Shown piece after piece: positions 58,141 through 64,000 of a stretch of 64,000 bases of DNA. The stretch is from Candidatus Woesebacteria bacterium RIFCSPLOWO2_01_FULL_39_61. GTDB taxonomy: Bacteria > Patescibacteriota > Microgenomatia > UBA8517. Below the pieces are notes generated by a model, which was given only the letters and a program-made list of their open reading frames with translations, was not told the DNA's origin and made no database searches. The DNA lies in the NCBI GenBank assembly GCA_001793155.1, contig MGHI01000039.1:1119-65118 (forward strand), written 5' to 3'. Both the position numbers and the translations under genes were made by a program. Every line of letters begins with the position of its first letter. The first letter of the stretch is position 1.

Positions 58141-59466
58141 ATGAATATCATTGCCGATTTGGAGGTTCACTCTAAGTACGCCCGGGCGGTTTCACCTTCA
58201 ATGAACGTTCCCACAATTGCCCTTTGGGCTGATAAAAAAGGAATTGATTTAGTGGGTAGCGGGGATTTTACTCACCCCATGTGGTTAAGGGAACTCGAAT
58301 CTCAACTGGAGGAGGATGGCGATGGGATTTATAAATTGAAAAATTCCGCAACAAAGTCTAGATTTTTACTGACCTCTGAAGTTTCTTGCATTTATACTCA
58401 CAACGGAAAAGGTAGACGAGTACACATCATGGTTTATTTACCAAGTTTTTCTTCTGTTAGAGCTTTTAATGAGGAATTGACAAAACGAGGCGCAAATTTA
58501 TTTTCTGACGGTCGGCCTATTATCGGTTTGACTCTTACCCAAGTAGCAGAAATTGCTTTGACGGTCGACAAAAGGGCTCTGATTATCCCAGCTCATGTTT
58601 GGACTCCCTGGTTTGGGTTTTACGGAAGTATGAGTGGATACGATAGTTTATCCGAAGCTTTTGGAAATCTGGAAAAATATATACCGGCGGTAGAAACAGG
58701 TCTTAGCAGCGACCCTGCAGCAAATTGGAGAATAGGAGAACTAGCTGGAAAAAGGATCGTTTCCTTCGGAGACGCGCACTCACCTCAAAAACTGGGTCGG
58801 GAAGCGACGGTGTTTCAAATTAAAAATTCAAAATTAAAAATTACTTACCAGGATGTTTATGACGCCATTTGGAATAAAACTGATGGTGGTTGGGAGATTG
58901 CGTATACAATAGAATTTTATCCGGAAGAAGGAAAGTATCACTATACGGGACACAGAAGCTGCAACATTGTCTATTCGCCGAATGAAGCCAGAAAATGGGG
59001 TATGACCTGTCCTACCTGCGGTAGGCAATTAACGATGGGGGTTATGAGTAGAGTAGAGGCACTTTCTTCGCAAGAAATTACAAATGACAAATTACAAATT
59101 ACAAATGATAAGTTGGGTGTAGCCTGGATTAGAGACGAGAAAGGAAAGTATCCTCCATACGTAATGCTTGTTCCGCTTTTGGAAATTCTTTCCGAAGCTC
59201 TGATTGCTGGAGTCGGCAGCCAGACGGTCATAAATGTTTATGAACAGTTAATACACAGTTTTGAAAGTGAATTCAATGTACTTCTTAAAACGGAAATAGC
59301 AGATATTGCAAAAATGGCGGGGCAGAAAATTTCTGAAGCAATTCAAAAAGTACGATCTGGTGATATTTTTATTAAACCCGGATATGATGGGGTTTTTGGT
59401 ACGGTAAAAATTTGGAAAGAGGAAGAAGAAAAAGAAATGGGTAACAATCAGGCAAGCTTGTTTTGA
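58141..59466 (+). CDS. PHP-domain endonuclease Q family protein
   Basis: HSKYAR, GDFTHP, PAHVWTP, GLSSD, DAHS, GKYH, CPTCG and PGYDG motifs. Confidence 0.85.
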   Translation: MNIIADLEVHSKYARAVSPSMNVPTIALWADKKGIDLVGSGDFTHPMWLRELESQLEEDGDGIYKLKNSATKSRFLLTSEVSCIYTHNGKGRRVHIMVYLPSFSSVRAFNEELTKRGANLFSDGRPIIGLTLTQVAEIALTVDKRALIIPAHVWTPWFGFYGSMSGYDSLSEAFGNLEKYIPAVETGLSSDPAANWRIGELAGKRIVSFGDAHSPQKLGREATVFQIKNSKLKITYQDVYDAIWNKTDGGWEIAYTIEFYPEEGKYHYTGHRSCNIVYSPNEARKWGMTCPTCGRQLTMGVMSRVEALSSQEITNDKLQITNDKLGVAWIRDEKGKYPPYVMLVPLLEILSEALIAGVGSQTVINVYEQLIHSFESEFNVLLKTEIADIAKMAGQKISEAIQKVRSGDIFIKPGYDGVFGTVKIWKEEEEKEMGNNQASLF

Positions 59467-59497
59467 CTCCATTTAACCCCCATAGTTAACAGAAATT

Positions 59498-59527
59498 TGC
59501 TATACTCCTTTTTAAGCTCTTTGAAAA
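59498..59527 (+). promoter_or_regulatory. extended -10 promoter followed by boxA-like element
   Basis: TGCTATACT (59498-59506), then GCTCTTTGAAAA (59516-59527). Confidence 0.6.
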
Positions 59528-59572
59528 TTAAAAAGATGGAAAATTTTGCCTATGAAGAAAGGAGAGATGAGT

Positions 59573-60088
59573 ATGGCTCGAGGAAGTCAGAAGACTGACA
59601 AGGTCAAAAAACAAAATATTGATCTGTGGCCACTTACGAGGTTTCTAGTAGGGACTACCTCGCTTATTATAGGGGTAGTTTTTATCTTCACAACGGCGAG
59701 GACAATTGTTGGTAGAGAAATTACCCTGATTGAGATAACACAAGTTCCCGCTTCTTTTATCAGAGGGATGTTTAGCTCATGGCCTCGCTTTGTGGTAGGA
59801 TTTTGGCTTCTTCTTACCTTTGGAAGTAAGCTGGCAATGCTTTTCAATTCCCGACAGCCGGTTAGCTTGGTGTCGGCTTTCTGGTTTATCTGGTTTAGTG
59901 TGATCGGGAGAGTTACCTCCTCGAAATCCACTGTCTCCGGTTTGGTGATAGAGGAAAAAGTTATAGATGAGGTTGTCCGCTATTTCGGCATAGCCCTCTA
60001 CACACTTTTGTTAACGGATATACTTGATGCCTTTTATTGGATTTTTGGCAAGATCGAAGATTGGGCAGATAAGGAGAATAGGGAATGA
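59573..60088 (+). CDS. membrane protein
   Basis: SD AAAGGAG; several TM segments. Confidence 0.7.
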   Translation: MARGSQKTDKVKKQNIDLWPLTRFLVGTTSLIIGVVFIFTTARTIVGREITLIEITQVPASFIRGMFSSWPRFVVGFWLLLTFGSKLAMLFNSRQPVSLVSAFWFIWFSVIGRVTSSKSTVSGLVIEEKVIDEVVRYFGIALYTLLLTDILDAFYWIFGKIEDWADKENRE

Positions 60089-60306
60089 AAAGGTTTAAAG
60101 ATTGGTATTGGAGACCGTTAAGGATCTCCAGAAAGGTAATCATGATCCCGCAGGGGCCGATTGTTGTGATGGCGATTGGAGCAATTTCGGGGATAGTATA
60201 TAGCTATGTCCCATTGCACCCAGTTCTTCTGTGGTTTCTTCTGGGAGTAATAGCTCTTTCGGCATTAATTGTACTTTTACTACTACCCCCTAACTATAGG
60301 CGATAG
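60085..60306 (+). CDS. small membrane protein
   Basis: SD AAGGAG; overlaps the upstream stop codon; two TM helices. Confidence 0.7.
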   Translation: MKRFKDWYWRPLRISRKVIMIPQGPIVVMAIGAISGIVYSYVPLHPVLLWFLLGVIALSALIVLLLLPPNYRR

Positions 60307-60329
60307 AATTCTGAAAGGAGATAAACGAA

Positions 60330-60530
60330 ATGTCTCAAAAGACCCTTGAATATTCTTATTTGGGAATCTTTATCCTCCTGACTTTGGGAGCATTTTGGAT
60401 TCTCGACTGGCTCTACGGCGGCATTATCGCTTTTGCGGTTTTTGTGCCATACGGTTTTTCCCTCGTCTGGGTAATGGGTAAACTTCGTAAGCCTTACTAC
60501 GAGATGATGCGCAAGCGTTTCAACAAGTGA
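60330..60530 (+). CDS. small membrane protein
   Basis: SD AAAGGAG; two TM helices. Confidence 0.72.
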   Translation: MSQKTLEYSYLGIFILLTLGAFWILDWLYGGIIAFAVFVPYGFSLVWVMGKLRKPYYEMMRKRFNK

Positions 60531-60542
60531 AAGGAGATAAGA

Positions 60543-60992
60543 ATGTCTGATGTAACTCTTTATACAGATGAGGGTGCCGAGAGCACACAGGCGTTAGAGT
60601 TGTTGAAAGCACACAAAATTCCTTTTAATGAGATCCGGAAAGGCCGCGACGCCGAATTTGATTATGATTGGTACTTTCCGACAATTTCAGCTCCGGGAAC
60701 CCAAATTTTTCACCACAGCGGGTTATTTTGGATAAAGCAGGCGATTTTTCAGCTTACATCGTGTCCTATCCTTTACATTGATGCCTTGGAGGATAACCAG
60801 GATTTGCTTGATAAATTCGATGATCCAGAAGACCCCATCGTTGTATTTACTACCAGGGAATTGGCACGCGCAGACCCGATGGGTTATTGGACGGAGACTT
60901 ATGAATTTCCGGCCTTGATTCTTTACGCTATGGAAGGGGATCCGAAGATAATCACTGGACTTGAGGATATCGAATCCTGGCTAAATTCTTAG
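60543..60992 (+). CDS. acidic glutaredoxin-like protein lacking CxxC
   Basis: VTLYT...ALELLKAHKIPFNEI...FPTI; a second similar half; SD AAAGGAG. Confidence 0.6.
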   Translation: MSDVTLYTDEGAESTQALELLKAHKIPFNEIRKGRDAEFDYDWYFPTISAPGTQIFHHSGLFWIKQAIFQLTSCPILYIDALEDNQDLLDKFDDPEDPIVVFTTRELARADPMGYWTETYEFPALILYAMEGDPKIITGLEDIESWLNS

Positions 60993-61018
60993 TATTAGTA
61001 AATGTTAATAAGACAAAC

Positions 61019-61102
61019 GAGGAAGAGGGCGTTAAGTTGCCTTTGGCATATTCACAAACACAATTGACTTTCATCAGAGCCCTCCCTTTCCCTTATTTTC
61101 TG
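61019..61102 (+). repeat. structured intergenic repeat, copy A
   Basis: GAGGAAGAGGGCGT...TTCAC..AACACAA..CATC..CCCT..TTTTCTG. Confidence 0.75.
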
Positions 61103-61116
61103 GTTAGGAGATCCAA

Positions 61117-61305
61117 ATGAAACCTATATTGAAGAAGGTGTTAAACCCGCCATGGTACGTGATAATTGCCGCGATCGTGCTTGGTATACTGCTAGCCGCA
61201 CTGGGCAACTTACCCGTAGCCCTCATCGGACTGGTGCTATTTCTGTATGGCCTTGCTGGTCCTGCACTGGAGATAATGTGGCGAAGGAACTCCAGGCAAA
61301 GATAA
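61117..61305 (+). CDS. small membrane protein
   Basis: SD AGGAG; two TM helices. Confidence 0.7.
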   Translation: MKPILKKVLNPPWYVIIAAIVLGILLAALGNLPVALIGLVLFLYGLAGPALEIMWRRNSRQR

Positions 61306-61316
61306 GGAGAGTAAAA

Positions 61317-61514
61317 ATGAATAAGATAGGAAAGTGGCTAAGAGGACCGGCAAAAATAAGTGGTTTTCCAAGATGGCTCATAATTCTTGGACTTCTAACC
61401 CTAAGCGCAGCCGCCATTTACAGGTTTGCGCCTCTTGCTGGAGATATCGCTTGGATAGTTTTTGGTATAGCAATAACCGGAGTCTTGGCTATTTTGATAG
61501 CTGCTTCAAAATGA
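61317..61514 (+). CDS. small membrane protein
   Basis: SD TAAGGAG before ATG 61317; two TM helices. Confidence 0.7.
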   Translation: MNKIGKWLRGPAKISGFPRWLIILGLLTLSAAAIYRFAPLAGDIAWIVFGIAITGVLAILIAASK

Positions 61515-61531
61515 TTTTTTGGTCTCGACAA

Positions 61532-61723
61532 TGAGGAAGAGGGCGTGAGGCTACATTCACAGCTTTGTCGCTTCACGACAACACAAAATTTCCATCTTAA
61601 CCCTTCTCTTCCTCACTTTTCTGCTATTTACCCGAGGTGTGAATCTGATCCACTCCCGGAGTGTACTGAATTGACACATTGGGGCAGTTCTGGGATAGAT
61701 GGTAGAGAAGTGAAGAGAAGGGT
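61532..61723 (+). ncRNA. structured repeat copy B plus long alternative hairpin
   Basis: Shares motifs with copy A; 61600-61636 pairs with 61690-61723. Confidence 0.65.
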
Positions 61724-61833
61724 AATTACAGAGCTAATCCCTGCAGATTGATTTATTGCAATCAAACTTGCAGGGATTTTTTGATGCTATACTAAAAAAG
61801 GAATGGTTTTTAACGGAAGGTGGTGAGGTAAGT

Positions 61834-62193
61834 ATGGCTACTCAGTCAGTTACAGGATTACCAAGAAACACAGCAGCGGCTCTTGCTGTTGTTTTGGCTC
61901 CGACCGTTGTAGGAACCATTGCTCTCATGCTTTTAGAAAAGGATTCGTTTGTACGTTTTTACGCAGTTCAAATTTTGGTAACCGGTGTTTCGATGGTTAC
62001 CCTCCAACAAGGTTTATTGCTAGTCAGTAGCATAGGATTTTTGTCCTATTTGTCCAAACTTGTCGGACTTTTTACAATTTTTGGTTTTATTATCTGGCTA
62101 ATGATGGTTTATAGAGCCTGGCAGGGAGACGAGTGGGAATTGCCCGTTTTAGGAAACGTGACGAAGGTTTTAATAACTAAACTTAAGTTGTAA
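61834..62193 (+). CDS. DUF4870-like membrane protein
   Basis: TGLPRNTAAAL...EKDSFVRFYAVQ...LPVLG. Confidence 0.8.
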   Translation: MATQSVTGLPRNTAAALAVVLAPTVVGTIALMLLEKDSFVRFYAVQILVTGVSMVTLQQGLLLVSSIGFLSYLSKLVGLFTIFGFIIWLMMVYRAWQGDEWELPVLGNVTKVLITKLKL

Positions 62194-62246
62194 ACTTAAA
62201 AACTGCCCGCGATACGTTTTTAAATATATAAGGTTTTTTTGCGGTC

Positions 62247-62885
62247 ATGAATATGAGAGACAAGCGGGAGCAAATGGTTTTTGATATTAAGCAAAGGTAC
62301 GGATTAAGCTCACCAGATGTGCTTTCGGCAATGCTTCAGGTTCCTCGTGAAGAATTCATTGACGATAAATATAAAGATATTGCTTATGACGATACCGCTA
62401 TTTCAATTGATTTCGGTCAAACGATCAGTCAGCCTTATACAGTTGCCTTTATGACGGATTTACTGGATCTTACAGGAGATGAAAAAGTTCTCGAAATTGG
62501 TACAGGTTCGGGATATCAGGCGGCTGTTCTTTCAAAATTAGCAAGTAAGGTGTATACGGTTGAAATTGTTCCCGAACTTGCGAAAAAAGCAAAAGAAAGA
62601 CTTACCCGCCTTGGTTATCATAACGTTTTTGTAAAATCAGCTTCAGGGGAATATGGGTGGAGAGAGGAGGCGCCATATGACGCTGTAATTATTACAGCCG
62701 CTCTTGAAAAAGAAATTCCGAAAGCTCTGGTAGAGCAGACTAAGGCGGGGGGTGTTATCGTTGCACCAATCGGGCCCAGAAGCTCGCAAACAATGACCAG
62801 ATTTACGAAAATGGAGGACGGAACGCTTAAAAAAGAAGAATTCCAAAAATACGTCTTCGTACCCTTTGTCGAAAAAGGAGATTAA
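62247..62885 (+). CDS. pcm: protein-L-isoaspartate O-methyltransferase
   Basis: VPREEF, GQTISQP, LEIGTGSGYQ and FVP motifs. Confidence 0.95.
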   Translation: MNMRDKREQMVFDIKQRYGLSSPDVLSAMLQVPREEFIDDKYKDIAYDDTAISIDFGQTISQPYTVAFMTDLLDLTGDEKVLEIGTGSGYQAAVLSKLASKVYTVEIVPELAKKAKERLTRLGYHNVFVKSASGEYGWREEAPYDAVIITAALEKEIPKALVEQTKAGGVIVAPIGPRSSQTMTRFTKMEDGTLKKEEFQKYVFVPFVEKGD

Positions 62886-62903
62886 AGGTACAATTGCTTC
62901 ATA

Positions 62904-63665
62904 ATGATCGAGGTTGCAAAAGAAGCAGCAATTGAGTCTGGGAAGATAACCCTTTCTTTGCAAGGGAAAAGACACACGTTTATAGGAAAAGAAAAACTGG
63001 GCGATTTTACTACCGAAGCGGATATTACTTCGGAAAAGAAGATTTTAAGTATACTTCAAACTAAATTTCCCGACCATAATTTTATATCTGAAGAGATTGG
63101 AAAGATCGATAACGGTTCTGACTATTGGTGGATTATCGATCCCTTGGACGGAACAATTCCTTACACGTCAGGTTTAAGGACATTTGGTGTTTCAATAGGG
63201 CTTTTAAAAGATAAAAAGCCGATTTTAGGAGTAGTAAACCTACCGGCAATGGAGAGTCTTTTTTGGGCAGAAGAAGGAAAAGGAGCTTTTTTGAACGGCC
63301 AAGAAGTGAAAGTTAAGGCTAATAACGATTTATCTGAGGCAATAGTGGCATTTGGACTAGGGCATCGCCAGGAGAGACAGAAGATGCTTAACGAGCTAGT
63401 TATGCCGATCGCAGACGAAGTACGCTATCCACCTGTGGTTGATTGTGCAGTGTTTGGGGGATCAATGGTGGCAGCTGGAATTTATGACGCCTTTGTGCAC
63501 TATGCCTATCCTTGGGATTTCGCAGCAGCGGCTGTATTGACAACGGAGGCGGGAGGTAAAGTTACTGATCTAAAAGGGAAGCCTATTGATTGGTTCCAAC
63601 CCAGAATAATGTATGTGGCCAGTAACGGATTATTACACGACGAGATTTTATCTTTGATAGAGTAA
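62904..63665 (+). CDS. inositol monophosphatase family protein (SuhB-like)
   Basis: SEE, WIIDPLDGT and PWDFAAA motifs. Confidence 0.92.
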   Translation: MIEVAKEAAIESGKITLSLQGKRHTFIGKEKLGDFTTEADITSEKKILSILQTKFPDHNFISEEIGKIDNGSDYWWIIDPLDGTIPYTSGLRTFGVSIGLLKDKKPILGVVNLPAMESLFWAEEGKGAFLNGQEVKVKANNDLSEAIVAFGLGHRQERQKMLNELVMPIADEVRYPPVVDCAVFGGSMVAAGIYDAFVHYAYPWDFAAAAVLTTEAGGKVTDLKGKPIDWFQPRIMYVASNGLLHDEILSLIE

Positions 63666-63676
63666 GCTAATAAAAT

Positions 63677-64000
63677 ATGAGATTAATAATTGGATTGGGA
63701 AATCCGAGTAATAAATACGAGAATACCAGACATAATGTTGGTTTTGTAGTTCTTGACGAACTAAAAAACAAAATTTTCAGTTTCTCTCCGAGCCAAAGGC
63801 TCTCAGGAGCCGGTGGTCAAATTCCAATGGTTCGGCGAGCTCGCCACCCCGAGCAGAGTCGAGGGGTTTACAATCAATTTTTAAACTCTGACTTTCAATT
63901 TGAAAAGAAATTTAATGCAGACATTTTAAAACTGGATAATTTAATGCTGGCAAAGCCGCAAACATTTATGAACAGTTCGGGGGCTTCTGTGAAGAAATTA
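63677..64000 (+). CDS. pth: peptidyl-tRNA hydrolase (runs off the window end; contains an in-frame insertion)
   Basis: Manual translation MRLIIGLGNP...TRHNVGF...KPQTFMNSSG. Confidence 0.93.
   Translation, partial: MRLIIGLGNPSNKYENTRHNVGFVVLDELKNKIFSFSPSQRLSGAGGQIPMVRRARHPEQSRGVYNQFLNSDFQFEKKFNADILKLDNLMLAKPQTFMNSSGASVKKL

Noticed and set aside
61019-61623. CRISPR array
   Set aside because: Only two divergent copies, separated by protein-coding genes; no cas genes
59-62975. many short antisense or overlapping ORFs in the supplied track
   Set aside because: They are shadows of well-supported genes on the other strand or frame, with no independent evidence

Overview
64 kb of an AT-rich, densely coded bacterial chromosome. 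Gene content points to Patescibacteria/CPR, probably Microgenomates (inference from the class I aldolase, split transketolase, two class A PBPs, ATP-dependent ligase, stand-alone 5'-3' exonuclease and VirB4/TraG-like ATPase). It carries ordinary housekeeping genes (nrdR-nrdJ-nrdJ-pduO, trpS, ftsH, mutM, recF, lig, pcm, pth) and three tRNAs, one of them the rare tRNA-Ile(UAU). There is no rRNA, CRISPR array or intact prophage. The most interesting signals are non-coding. (1) Two four-helix-bundle (IVP/Avd-like) genes each sit between inverted arrays of 7-nt repeats; a near-identical empty copy lies about 1 kb from one of them, and single arms are inserted in frame in several proteins. (2) A DUF3800 gene overlaps a structured RNA that has its own antisense promoter; the module lies between a decayed and an intact copy of the transketolase 5' end. 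(3) Two gene cassettes with strong Shine-Dalgarno sites are each preceded by an rRNA-type boxA, and one contains a repeated, switchable RNA structure. (4) An unassigned ~185-nt multi-junction RNA lies upstream of ftsH. All calls come from reading the sequence by eye; no searches or folding programs were run.
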